Shown here: positions 49,101-59,287 of the stretch, piece after piece
Position numbering within the stretch: the first letter of the stretch is position 1
How the letters are laid out: each line of letters begins with the position of its first letter
Assembly (NCBI GenBank): GCA_054600435.1
Contig: BAAIJX010000061.1
Span: 62,001-123,630, forward strand
Length of the DNA stretch: 61,630 bases
Source: Neophaeotheca triangularis
Taxonomy: Eukaryota
Direction: 5' to 3'
Notes under the pieces: generated by a model
What the model saw: the letters and a program-made list of their open reading frames with translations, nothing else
What the model was told of the DNA's origin: nothing
Database searches by the model: none
Translations under genes and position numbers: made by a program

Positions 49101-49237
49101 TAGGGGTGCTCGGGTAGGACAGGACGAATGCGGTCGATCATGGCGTTCATTGCGCGGACGTGCTCTTGGTCGGACTTGTTGAGAGGCATCGCGGTTTCTT
49201 TGCCGGAGTTGGTGTTTGCTGCCGAGGAAGAAGACAT
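46121..49237 (-). CDS. Large charged low-complexity nuclear protein with helical C-terminal domain, Ebp1 (Ell-binding, AF4/AFF-CHD-like) type
   Basis: Likely ATG at 49237; PYVLTIP...TPF.P.E...QYLTY, KKKISLEDYRNKK, and C-terminal LGRELKH.A...SLEALL.FVLAF...W.SL..F...FP.TW...LPLG...P..AVR. The family call is from recall and unverified. Confidence 0.55.
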   Translation of the reverse strand: MSSSSAANTNSGKETAMPLNKSDQEHVRAMNAMIDRIRPVLPEHPYVLTIPHEDNTPRYHHPPADKNPYPRNQWLQETPFLPGEHNDAQYLTYAIHEQGAEETQLFKQVPSYVAKAAKKSPGTPANGMPKKKISLEDYRNKKAAAEGASPAKGEVGKEEKVERKAKTSGVAKERMGEANGEGLKGSGREGVSGGDLKAGAAVPGQGTKRKREDDDGQSGVKGESDKFRREMENKRARVEKAEKEAKMEAQVTNSGHDASPPKSPAFTKHTTSETQKEAARGRPSRGGAPPVHADDHQVADPRPSPRMQKAADSPAPRGPSESARGEHLPAKDRVDSTLPPKLSPLHASAEVKDDRSQLVEKGESKGMAASKGEEKSEEEGLHLKGGASEDSGVLALPGLLSPNLPPDIEKAIKEAEGAKAVKTAENTPNSSAPNSASKSGDRPSTKSVAAKHVSSKPKNGFRAGTDSPSDSPAPADVVEKRKVQAPTSAVKRASSPKRSYGEESGAEKASAGDKPATSKIVKLKFRRDRRETLARILRMPPKRQKERSSNIEHDAESTAKKTAERQGGSTKRDANSKGVAQKIGPPPKVKPAEKKQTESKQEKQSEAKQATATKRPRPADDQSEQPAKRKKPDPIEKVKERETSITSRSSEPARSSQIVTKRPSAVEDLKQEPKTSGSNDSADAAPKKRPKIETPNLKDPSTPTAADHPTPSAVSSAQKSQQATPSARRDLPTNTKPEHPRESSAANTAASDLPKTPTANSSSSQPASTTKPSHPPTSTPSQPHPTNSNANPVAQAWATEQTRLQTLGRELKHTASDHLTKSKQPSTSATNPNPNSTHHTTLAALHSLEALLTFVLAFHAADRFATTSQPPLPPPLKLWRSLQGFLPFVKNFTRPFPKLAAIAAGVGVVGSWHFLRLASGKEGGLAKSEVGRAVGGVEGVLEVCGNVEVLRREVEAGLLGGEAGWEGSFPRTWAGRSLKGDVGVDVDGEPGGYEGGFGLPLGVGTEPLVAVRVGVRVIEEWVRGLGEEGVGYQMRLKL

Positions 49238-50010
49238 GTCGGACGACTTGAGATGGTTGAGTTGTGGTAGGGTGTGGTGGGCTGAGGAAGTAATGAGGAT
49301 TGTACGCGGCGCGTTGGAAGCGAGGTGAGCAATTGGATGCTGGTATGCTGTCGCTATGCCTGAAAGTAGCGTGTGGAAGAGTCTGGTATGGTATGATATG
49401 GTATGAAAGGATGTAGTGAAGCGCTGAAGAAACAACGAAAGGCAAGGTCGGTTCGAAGAGAAGGAGACGGTTTTGTAAGTGTGCGTCCTATTGTCGGCTA
49501 GCGCATCTTGATTGCTATTGTCAGTGGGAAGGAGGAAGTGAAGCGTCGATTGTAGAAGACTCACTGGCTTCACTTTGCACCCAAGTTGCCTTCTCTTCAC
49601 TTGACGACACGCACAAGCCAGCTCAAGTGAAGTCACTCCACCACCTCTTTTGCGATAACTCCTCCAGTGATGCACCATCGGTTGCGCAAACTCTTACACT
49701 AGCGTCATGGCGATGGGAGGGCGGCATTGAGTCCGCCAAGAATATATAGAGGAAGAGGTGAGGTTGTGAGGATGTCGTTGTTCAAGGAGAGAGAGAGAGA
49801 AACACGGAGAGAGACATGTCCATTCGCGTGCTGGTGAACCGAGCGCAATTGGAGGTTGGATGACGGAGCTTAGGCTCGCTTAAATTACTTTTTTGGGATG
49901 TGGCCAAACTTAGAGTCCAGGTTAGGTTGTTACTGTTTTGTTGTAAGGCTGAGGACTCGACGATGACCTCGAGCATATGGAAGTGAGAAAGTAAAGTACT
50001 TGACGATACC

Positions 50011-50057
50011 TAATATTTATGTATTATATTAATGTATTATATTAATGTATTAATATT
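50011..50057. repeat. AT-rich tandem repeat, 13-bp unit ATGTATTATATTA x ~2.6
   Basis: Units begin at 50019, 50032 and 50045. Confidence 0.8.
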
Positions 50058-51239
50058 GCACGATAGCTTACGTGGCCGTGGCAGTGGATATCAAAAATGA
50101 TGCCGTCTTAACTACTCTCCCGAGTCTCCCATGGAATAGATGCAGTCCGTCGCCTTTCCGACCCAACGGCACTGAAAAAGCAGCCATCCACTAGCGTCGC
50201 AATCTCCCAACCTCCCATCCCACCGCAGTCGTCTGTCAAACACTGGCACGGCTTCTCGTTGCGCCAACGACATCCCTGTGCCCGACCGTGCGACGCTGCA
50301 TAGGTTAAGTCTGTGTTTTGATGAGAGTTTGACCTGACTGCCAAACCCTCCATCGACTCCGCCTTTACATGTCGCGAGAACAGTAACAGTAACAGCACCG
50401 CTCCCAACCCCAGCCGGTCGAAAACAAGCGGATACGGTGAAGACATTGCTGCTGCGCTGAGGGTGTAATAACTATCTCCTCTATGATTGCAGAGCCCGCC
50501 AGACTTTTGCCCTTGGGTCCCTGTCTCACGAAACAATGCGGATCCCGCGGGTGCGTAGGAACTGGCATTCATTGTGCTCCATGTCCATCATCAGCGTCTC
50601 TATTGCCATACCAGAGTCTTGGAGTGCCTTGACTAGGAATCCCACGGACTATGAGCGACCCTGCTACGATTGAAAAGCCTCTTCGAAGCTGGTGGTCTTG
50701 GAAAAATACTTGGATTGGCAGTCGCAGCACATTGCCTCGTGGAGCAATTCAACGCTGGGGTTGCCTTCTGGTCGACTTTGTTCTTCCTGGCAATTCTGAG
50801 TGCTAAGGCTTCAATTACTCTGTATGGATGTACTCGTTTTCCCCCCATGTGAGAAGCTGGGTCCAAGCGAACAGCTACTAGAGCTGCCGGGGATCATGTA
50901 AGTTAGGGCCGTAATTCTTTGTCCTGGCGTTTTAGAAGAAGAGAGAAGCTGCATCCGCTAGACACCACGGTTATGCTAAAGGGGATCTAGCAAACTGCAG
51001 TAGCGTAGGCAGCGTATAAAACCATCAATCCTGCACAGGCAGGTCGTAGTCCCTCCGCATCATCACCCTTTACTTTCTCCATAAACAAGCCTCAGACAAT
51101 AGTCTCTCACATGCAAAGACCAAATAGTAAGCAACCGCCATTTTCATTCACGTCTCCTGTCCAGTCCAGCATCACCTGGTTCCCCCTAATTCCCACGTGC
51201 CAGCTAACATCCCATTCACGAGCAGAAAAGCACACAACC

Positions 51240-52217
51240 ATGAGTATAAGAAAGCCCTCCCTCTCGGGAGAACCTCTAACTTTACAACAACCTTCCACAA
51301 ACAAACAACTTGGACTCTCTCCCATTTTCTCGATCTCGGTACCACCAGATCAGCCAGTCCATACCACAATCACCCAAGTCTCTCGAGACAACAACCACCT
51401 CGGTCTCTCACCCATCTACTCGATCTCGATACCACCAGACCAGGCATTCCATACCACGGTTACCAAAGTCTCTCAAGACGACCCGAACGCCGATACCACA
51501 TCCAACATACCAGCTCTTCCCGTCCATCTCCCAATCAGGACCACAAATCGCGAAAGTACCCCACCAGACTTCGGCCCAAGATATCCCAAACCCCATCACC
51601 CCAAAAACCCCGATACCACAAAAATGTCCACCCCTTCCAGCCTCGACATGAACCCAACCAAACCCAGCAACCACCGCTCCTTCACCTCGGTCCTCACGAC
51701 CGAAATGCGCATCGCCCTCCACATCGGCTTCAGCACCTACGACCACCTCACCCCGAGCCTCCGCACAACCGTTTTCAACACCCTCTTCGCGCCGCACCTC
51801 CTCGCCACCCCGCACGGTCTGGCAACGCAAGAGGAGCTCATCTACCAGGATGCGATTCGCATCTGGGATGATACGGCGGAGAAGGCGACGTGGGATGCGT
51901 TCGACAGGGGCTGGTGGGTGGAGAATGCCGAGGAGGAGGTGAGCTGGGAGATGAGGGCGATGGAGTTGAGGTGGGGGAGGGTGCTGAGGGGGATTGAGAG
52001 GCTGGGGAGGGAGGAGAGCGTGGAGGGGGAGAGTGATCCTGAGCCTGGGTCTAGTGAAGAGGAGGGGGAGTGGGAGACTGAGGACGATGGGGAGGATGCT
52101 GGGGGTCATGGGAATCGCGAGGCCGGTGGCAGTGTTACGGTTGTTGATGGTCCTGGGGGTATCAAGTGGCATACCAATTCTCAGGGCCAGAAATGGTATA
52201 CCATGGTTCAGAAGTGA
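51240..52217 (+). CDS. Hypothetical protein with a 30-aa (90-bp) internal tandem duplication; alternative starts at 51111 and ~51623
   Basis: LGLSPIFSISVPPDQPVHTTITQVSRD / LGLSPIYSISIPPDQAFHTTVTKVSQD, followed by a Trp-rich helical core and an acidic tail. Confidence 0.5.
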   Translation: MSIRKPSLSGEPLTLQQPSTNKQLGLSPIFSISVPPDQPVHTTITQVSRDNNHLGLSPIYSISIPPDQAFHTTVTKVSQDDPNADTTSNIPALPVHLPIRTTNRESTPPDFGPRYPKPHHPKNPDTTKMSTPSSLDMNPTKPSNHRSFTSVLTTEMRIALHIGFSTYDHLTPSLRTTVFNTLFAPHLLATPHGLATQEELIYQDAIRIWDDTAEKATWDAFDRGWWVENAEEEVSWEMRAMELRWGRVLRGIERLGREESVEGESDPEPGSSEEEGEWETEDDGEDAGGHGNREAGGSVTVVDGPGGIKWHTNSQGQKWYTMVQK

Positions 52218-53247
52218 GGATAGCGAGCGTGGCTGAGGGATTGTCGAGAGGAAAGGCGAGAGGAAAGGCGAGAGGAAAGCGAAAACGATGGTGGCGAAGT
52301 GAAATCAGCCTACCCATGCACTCCTCGCACGGAAATACTGCTCTCGCTCCCCTCACGCTCCCCCGCGAGCCATTCAACCCCATCTTCAAGCACATAGATA
52401 CACCATCAATCCCGCCACGTCCCAAACCCCGACCACCCACTTCCCCTCCCACGATCCGCGAGACCCGAGACAGGACCAAGCAGCCAAGACCCCAAGCCAG
52501 TCACCAGAAGCAAAACCCTCGTCCCACTCTCAGATAGAAAGACCTCCACCTCCCGGGCAAAACCACTCTCCTCCCACCCTCCTCATTCCCGCCCTTCCCC
52601 CCTTCTCCCTGTCCAAAACCACGCACCCCCTAACCCCATTGGCCCCGCTGCGAAAACAGACACCACACACTAGCACCCACACCCTTCACACCCATCTCCA
52701 CCCCTTTCTCTACCCAGCAGCTACAGCTACAGCGGACAGCAACTACAACTACAACAATAACGAAAACTCCAACTCCAGCCCAGCGCCCCTAGCCCTCGAC
52801 TCAACTCAGCCAATACGCGATTGCGAGTGGTTCGACAAGCAAGAGTAGGGGCCGGGGAGAATTGTGAAAGACTCGCCAGACGGGGGGAGAGGGGGGGGGG
52901 TTGTTTCTAGAGGAAGGTTTGTTTGCGAGCGCATGGGAGTAGAGTTTCGAGGTCTGGGGTTCGGGCTTCTGGGAAGGCAGTGCGCCGGTGGTGGTACTGG
53001 TGTTGGAGAGTTGAAAGTTTCGGGCTACCGTTTCACTGCGGGTGTCCTTGCTGCGGGGTGAGTGTGGAGATGGTACTTTTCTGGAATCATGGTCTGGACG
53101 CTAGGGAGGCTATTAAGGGGAGGGGGGTTATCTGTTCTTCGAAATTTCTTATGGATCGGCTGGTGCTACTTTGTAAGAAAAAAAAAAGAGGGAGATATGG
53201 CGGTACATTGTTGCAGCTTTCAGACCCGATAGGCTATAGCCGTTTCA

Positions 53248-54453
53248 TCAAAGTTCGTCATCCGTCTCGTCATCATCTTCGTTCATACTACTTTTGGCAA
53301 GGGTGTTGGAAGGTCGGGCAGGCAGCCCTAAACCCGCATCTCCCTTCTCTACAACCCCCGTAGCTAGCGAATGCCCCGGTTCGGCATCACCAGCACCGTC
53401 GAGACTCGGCGAAATGCCCCTCTCCCGCCGCTTCGACCCTTGAGTCCCGGATGCAGGCGCGAAAGCATCAGCACCTTCACCATTACTCGCATCGCCTTCG
53501 TCTTCAACTTCTGTAGCATCGTCGGTTTCGTCGGGAGTTTCTTGGTGGAAAGCCATGCCTTCGTCCTCGCTATCTTTGGCGTCTTCGTCCTCGTCTTTGA
53601 CATCAATTTCAAGAGCGGGTTCTTCGTCGTCGCCATCTTGGTCTACAATGGCCGTGGCCTTGCGTTTGCCTTTCCTAGAAGCAAGAGCGGTTTTGCCATT
53701 GGCTTTGGTGGCGTTTCCAGTCCTAGCTTCGCCAATACCTTCAGCCTTTCCCCCACCACCACTCGCCACGCCCACAGCCCTAGCGACACCCCCGTCCACC
53801 CTCGCGCTTTCAAGTAACCGCTGCTGATCCCGAACCTTTAGTTTCTTAGCATTCAGCAGCTGCATAAACTTGCCCATCAACAGATCCTCATGCTCCTTCT
53901 TCGCCACAACCAACTCGTCCAACTGCCGCGTCAATTGCTGAACTTGCGACTGCTGCTCTCGCGCAGAGTTTTGCAGACTCTCAAGCTCATCGCGTAGGGA
54001 ATCGGAAGTCGCAACGGCCTCGTCAACCCATTCGAAAATGCCGACTTCCTCACGAGCGTCGTCTTGCGTCAGCACTAGACTTCCTAGCCGCTGGGTGATG
54101 CCGCCGACGTTTTTGCGGAAAGTTAGAGTTAGAGATTGAGGGGGGTTCGTGCCGGAGATGGTTGCAACGGTTTCGAGACCTTGGGTGGAGGTGCTGTCGG
54201 AGGGTTTGTGGTGTAGTAGGGCGGCTTGGAGGAGGGTTTTCCATTCTGAGAGGTTGCCCGTGTAATTTGTTGCTTGGAGGGATTTTATTGAGGTTTCTTT
54301 TGTGGTTGCGTGGAAGAGGTTTTCGTGTTGGGTTGCTATGAGTTTGAGGTCGAGGGGGTGAGTGCCTGCGGGGGTGATGTGGAGGAGGATATGGGTGTTG
54401 GGGAGGTCGGTTCGGGGGATGCGGTGGATTATTGTTGAAGTGGGAGCCGCCAT
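53248..54453 (-). CDS. XRCC4: XRCC4/Lif1-like NHEJ factor
   Basis: N-terminal head (PLDLKLIAT, RKNVGGITQRLGSL.L, IFEW), a coiled coil with the ligase IV-binding-type motif LMGKFMQLLNAKKLKVR, and an acidic tail ending DDDETDDEL. Confidence 0.85.
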   Translation of the reverse strand: MAAPTSTIIHRIPRTDLPNTHILLHITPAGTHPLDLKLIATQHENLFHATTKETSIKSLQATNYTGNLSEWKTLLQAALLHHKPSDSTSTQGLETVATISGTNPPQSLTLTFRKNVGGITQRLGSLVLTQDDAREEVGIFEWVDEAVATSDSLRDELESLQNSAREQQSQVQQLTRQLDELVVAKKEHEDLLMGKFMQLLNAKKLKVRDQQRLLESARVDGGVARAVGVASGGGGKAEGIGEARTGNATKANGKTALASRKGKRKATAIVDQDGDDEEPALEIDVKDEDEDAKDSEDEGMAFHQETPDETDDATEVEDEGDASNGEGADAFAPASGTQGSKRRERGISPSLDGAGDAEPGHSLATGVVEKGDAGLGLPARPSNTLAKSSMNEDDDETDDEL

Positions 54454-55079
54454 GGTTGTTGATGGTGCGGTTGCTACATGGGTATTGCTCTAGTGAAAGT
54501 CACGTGGGCCAGTTGGCATAGGGTGTACTCAAGGGGGGGAGCGGTCTGGGGCGTGCCGCATTAGTCCAACGGGCAAATAAAGTCAACAACAACGTGGCGG
54601 CCTTGCCTATCACTCATGTGTTGGGCTATTGAAAAAAGGGGAAGTCGGGTGTTTCTAATTACCTAGTCCCGTGACTCCCGTCGTGAGTCGTGACAGTACA
54701 TACCTAGGTATATGTACTAGTAAGGTTCCAGGTTGTCTCGAAGGGCCCGCTTGAAGCTCGGAATCGACCAACCTCCTGCCGAGCTGCCTCTCTCTCCGTC
54801 TCGTCTGTCGACTACTGCACCCCAATTCTCTATGCCAGCACATCTGGTGGGCCCCAACGTAAGCAATCGACGGCGACAATACCTAACAACCACCACGACG
54901 ACATCTCCGAGGGATCCGCCCTTGTCTCATTATCGCATCCACCTACCTCCCAAACGCGTATTCGTCGCGCATGGTGCAAGCACAACCACAACCACAAGCA
55001 GCCCAGCCACCACCTCGCGCAAACTTCCCAGGCACCAACAACCGCTGCTGCAAACACACATCCTGCCGACACCGCCAAC

Positions 55080-57932
55080 ATGGCCAATTCAATGGCGGTG
55101 GAGGATTGGGACAACGACCTCGACTTTGATGGCGACTTTCAAGGCTTCGCCAACAGCACCGGCGCTGCTAGTGTCGCTCCCTCGTCGCGCATGAGTATGA
55201 AATCCGAATCTCTAGCCGGCGACGACGATTGGAACATCTCACTTCAACCCGACGAACCCCAATCTACCGACAATGCCATCCAATCTGCAAAACAAGCCGG
55301 CATACCTCTCCCTGCCAACATACCGCAGAGCGCGCTACTGGGTGGTACCATCAAACGGCTTGGCAAGGCCAAATCTAGACAGAAACTAAAGGACGACTTT
55401 GACGATGACTTTGACATGCCCGAAGGTGACACGGATGGCGGTCTGACTTTGAAGCCAAGGTTACAAGAGAGGGCTAAGAGTCCGTTTGGAGGGTTTGGAG
55501 GGTTTGGCGGGTTTGGAGATGACGATGAGGGTGGCTTCGATGATCTGGAGGGCAGTCTGGGGATAAGATTCGCGGGCACCAAACGAGACAACAGAGGACG
55601 TAGTTCGGATGCTAGTGCTATGAGTCCTAGTATGGGTTCCGTCACTGCTGAGAGTGAAGTTGATGATCTGGGCGGCCTTGATATACCCGAAGGACCGATG
55701 GATTTCGATGCGATACTCAAGAAAAGGAATGCGAGAGATGCTGAATTGAGTGAGGCCAGCCAACACTCTGGGCAGAGTCCGAATCCCATGGCTATTGAGC
55801 AGCCGACAACGAACAATAACCATAAAAAGTCTAAGCTCCTGGCCGATGACAATGAGGACTTTCTCAATGACTTTGACTTTGGCGGAGGCGAGATGCTGGA
55901 CACGCGAAAGAGAACAATCAACAAGAACCTCAAGGTCACGAACAATAGCAAAGCCACGCCACCGACTTCAAGACCTGCCACTACCCTCAACTTCCACGAC
56001 AAACCTACAGAGAAGCCGACACACGTTCGCTCGCATATTCCACGCCCGGTGACCAGCTCGAAGCCTACCTCCCGTCTTGAGCCAGTTTTTGAAAGCGGCG
56101 CTACTCCAGGGCAGAACAACAACAGACGCCAGCCGACTACCACTCACTCTCAACTGCTTCGTTCGAAACGTTCGATGCCGGCTTTGCGAAGCGGTGGCGG
56201 TGGTGCGCAGACTACACAGCCTGGGAACCGTCCCCCTCCCACGTTTATGCAGCCTACTGCTTCGAGTCGACAGCCACCTTCTGCACACGCCGGCGCACAA
56301 CGTGCAGTTCCATACCATCTCAGGCGCGACTCGGACCCCAATAACCGCGGGGGAGCTCAGTCACCACCAGCGAGGTCTTACTCCCGTCTTTCGAATACCT
56401 TTAACCCCGACACACCGTCGAGACGCCGAGACAATCGACCAGACATGGCACCAGCAGCTCTTGCTCGGGAGGCGGCTTCCAAACGCAACGTCACGAAGCC
56501 GACTAGGCGACGAAACTATGGTGACGGCAATGAGTTGGAAGTGTTTGACGACCTACCGACCAGCACAACAAAGGAAGCCAAATACATGAAGGAGCCTATC
56601 GCTCGAGGACCGCCCAAACTCGGCAATCGAAACCCACCTCCATCAGCTCCCTCCGCACCGTCGACTCTCCGCCAAAAGCCTTCGCAGCGTAATCTCAACA
56701 CACAAACAGCCTCGGCAATACCCGACCGCATGGCCATGGAAACGCCGGCGCCCCAGACCCCTCGCAGCCCTACCAAAGGTTTTGCAGAAGCCCAGAATAA
56801 CACTCCCAGCTATCTGCGGGACACTGCTGCGAGCCGGATAGCACGAGAGACGAGGCTGAGCAGACAGGAGAGACCGAGAAGTGAGGGACCATTGCAGCCG
56901 TTGAGTACGAATTGGAAAGCGCAAATTGCCGCGAGGAGTCCGGTTAATAGTCCACAAGCGCAAAGGAAAGGGAAGAAAGTGGCGCCGCAATTGATCAAGC
57001 CGCTAGGAGGGGATATACGGAAGAGTAAGGTCATCCACCCACCACTGCATATCTCATCACACCAGCTAACCCCTCTCCCTTTCACAGCGGAAAAGGGCAT
57101 GACCTACAATCCGACTACCAAACGCTGGGAAGGCAACGAAAACACGCTCAACCTCAGGGGTTTCGACAGCTACGACGCGACCCTAGTCCCGCCCCTGCCA
57201 ACCCCAACCCCACAATCCAGCAACCCCTCCCACCTTCACCACCGCGACAGAGACTACCTCTCGCGCCCAAAATCTCTCAACCTGCCTGCGCCCAGCCAGC
57301 CACACCATCAAACCAGCTCCATCCCAGCCCCAGCGCCCTCCCCACCTCGCCCCGCCCTCATAGCCCCAATGAATCCCTCAACGGGCGGCCAAAACATCCA
57401 AGTCAACGGCGGCATGGTCTTCGACCCCCGACAGATGAAATGGCTGAAGTTGAATTCCAAAACCGGGCGGGATGTCAGCGGCGGTGGGCACGCTTTGCAA
57501 CGCGGTCCGCTGAGCCCGAGTCTCACGGAAAACGACGACGAGGACGAAGATCCCTTTGCCGGACTCGAGGATTTGAAAGTCGAGGAAGAGACGGCTGGGG
57601 CTGCGGGTGGAGGATTCGGGGGGAGTATGCATGCTGGTGGTGGTGGTGGTGGTTTGGGCAGTCCGTTGAGTTTGCCTGTTGATGGGAGTGGGGGTGTTGG
57701 GAATGCGGGGAATGCTGGTGGTGGGGAAATGCACGAGGAGTTTGATCTCGGGCCTGCTTTCATTACTCGGCAGCGTGAGGAGGAGGCCGCTTGGCGGAAG
57801 AGGTGTGCCGGATGGTTTCCGGAGGAGGGGATCAAGAGGGTCGAGGATGGTGGATGGAGATGGGCGGTCAGGGGGTTGGTTGCTGAGGGGGACGGAAATG
57901 GTGTGAGTGGGTTGGACGGGTTGGTGGTTTGA
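55080..57932 (+). CDS. byr4: SIN/MEN two-component GAP scaffold Byr4/Bfa1; in-frame intron 57025-57087
   Basis: VEDWDND.DF, ALLGGTIKRLG, EGSLGIRFAGT, YGDGNELEVFDDLP, KGMTYNPTTKRWEGNEN, GGMVFDPRQMKWLK, EEFDLGPAF. Confidence 0.88.
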   Translation: MANSMAVEDWDNDLDFDGDFQGFANSTGAASVAPSSRMSMKSESLAGDDDWNISLQPDEPQSTDNAIQSAKQAGIPLPANIPQSALLGGTIKRLGKAKSRQKLKDDFDDDFDMPEGDTDGGLTLKPRLQERAKSPFGGFGGFGGFGDDDEGGFDDLEGSLGIRFAGTKRDNRGRSSDASAMSPSMGSVTAESEVDDLGGLDIPEGPMDFDAILKKRNARDAELSEASQHSGQSPNPMAIEQPTTNNNHKKSKLLADDNEDFLNDFDFGGGEMLDTRKRTINKNLKVTNNSKATPPTSRPATTLNFHDKPTEKPTHVRSHIPRPVTSSKPTSRLEPVFESGATPGQNNNRRQPTTTHSQLLRSKRSMPALRSGGGGAQTTQPGNRPPPTFMQPTASSRQPPSAHAGAQRAVPYHLRRDSDPNNRGGAQSPPARSYSRLSNTFNPDTPSRRRDNRPDMAPAALAREAASKRNVTKPTRRRNYGDGNELEVFDDLPTSTTKEAKYMKEPIARGPPKLGNRNPPPSAPSAPSTLRQKPSQRNLNTQTASAIPDRMAMETPAPQTPRSPTKGFAEAQNNTPSYLRDTAASRIARETRLSRQERPRSEGPLQPLSTNWKAQIAARSPVNSPQAQRKGKKVAPQLIKPLGGDIRKSKVIHPPLHISSHQLTPLPFTAEKGMTYNPTTKRWEGNENTLNLRGFDSYDATLVPPLPTPTPQSSNPSHLHHRDRDYLSRPKSLNLPAPSQPHHQTSSIPAPAPSPPRPALIAPMNPSTGGQNIQVNGGMVFDPRQMKWLKLNSKTGRDVSGGGHALQRGPLSPSLTENDDEDEDPFAGLEDLKVEEETAGAAGGGFGGSMHAGGGGGGLGSPLSLPVDGSGGVGNAGNAGGGEMHEEFDLGPAFITRQREEEAAWRKRCAGWFPEEGIKRVEDGGWRWAVRGLVAEGDGNGVSGLDGLVV

Positions 57933-58168
57933 TGACCCTAGGGGTGAGGGAGTTGGAGGCGGGGTTTTTTCGTATCGATATCTCTGATTCCCCTTCCCTG
58001 CTCGAGCAAGCGAGGGAAGGGAAATTCCCGGCTTTCATAGACGGAGGGTGGTCTGGGAGGGCTTTCCGCTCGCTCTGGGACTCTCCTCGTCGCTCTCCCA
58101 CAAGCGTGTCGAGGTCTCGGTTTGCTCCGCTCTGCTCTGCCATGCTCTCATTATATCCACGACGAAGC

Positions 58169-58194
58169 ACGACGGACGACGACGACGACGACGA
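58169..58194. repeat. (GAC)n microsatellite
   Basis: GACGACGACGACGACGAT run, read directly. Confidence 0.8.
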
Positions 58195-58542
58195 TAATGG
58201 CCGATGGTTATATATACACATACTTCTTTCCTGTCGCATGTCAGTGGTACTGGTACTACAGTAGGCAATGTACTTTGCCCGTTTTCCCACCCTCAAGCCA
58301 ACGCTACTACTACTGCTCCCTCTCGTCCCATGCATGACTGTCATGATCCCCTTTCCCCTGCCTACAATCCACCATACCCTACTCGTCCTGTCTAAGTTAC
58401 CTGAGGTAGCGCGAAATGCCGGCAAACAAGCCAGCTGGCGTCGCTGACGGTCATCGCCGTCGCCGTCTAAGTCTCGAGCAATGTCGTTCGTCTCTAAAGT
58501 GCTTTTGTCTTTCTCGAGTCTCGCCGTTTCAATCGCGGTTCT

Positions 58543-58708
58543 GCCTACTTACCTACCTATCTACCTACCTACCTACCCACCTACCTACCTACCTACCTGA
58601 GGTCTGTCTGCTCAGATCATCGGCATCCATCCATCCATCCCTCGGCGGGCGTGCGTGCGTGCGTCAAGGTCGTGCGAACCACGTGTCTCTCTCTCTCTCT
58701 CTCTCTCT
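58543..58708. repeat. Microsatellite cluster: (CTAC)n 58543-58598, (CATC)n ~58624-58640, (GCGT)n ~58648-58664, (CT)n ~58686-58708
   Basis: Read directly. Further (CT)n tracts occur at ~58987 and ~59053-59070. Confidence 0.85.
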
Positions 58709-59287
58709 GTGTTTATCGTTTCCAATCCGAGCTCTCCGGGGACGGGAAGCTGCAGCTCCGAGCGAGCACTCGCCGTTGGTCGGTCGGGTGAGGATGTAGA
58801 TGATATGATGGCCCTGCAGATGAGTGAGTAGAGAGAGAGGACGAGACCTCGGGAGCATGTGAAAGAAAAAGAGGTCGAGAGCTTTCTTATCTTATCTCTG
58901 CGGTAACGCTGAGGAAGGACGGAGCACGGAGGTTGCTTGAATGATGGACCTCGGCTTGAGCGTGGCCGAATGAACAAAGCTCCCGCCTCTCTCTCTCTCG
59001 AGTCTCGAGGGATGGTCCGGATGGTCAACTGACTACCGACTACCGACTACTTTTCTCTCTCTCTCTCTCTTTACCATCTACCTGCTCTATTCCTCCCGTC
59101 GTCGTTTTTGCTTCAACAAGGCTGACTTTGTTGAGTTCTTGTCGACGGTACAATATATAGAGAGGGAGATTTGCTTTCTGGTAGGATGGATTGCAAAGGT
59201 TGGGACGTGAATGCGGATGGCTAATCATGCTTCGACAGACGTAGGTCTTGATTTCTCCTTTACGAGGGCCCAACGCATCTTCCCATC

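Noticed and set aside
49238..49678. 147-aa N-terminal extension of the 1185-aa ORF
   Set aside because: Its composition looks like 5'UTR or promoter; the ATG at 49237 begins protein-like sequence.
52317..53100. Pro-rich and Cys/Trp-rich fragments (WWYWCW...CGCPCCG) with coding-like C-rich to G-rich skew
   Set aside because: I could not build a consistent gene model. It may be a decayed gene, but the support is too weak.
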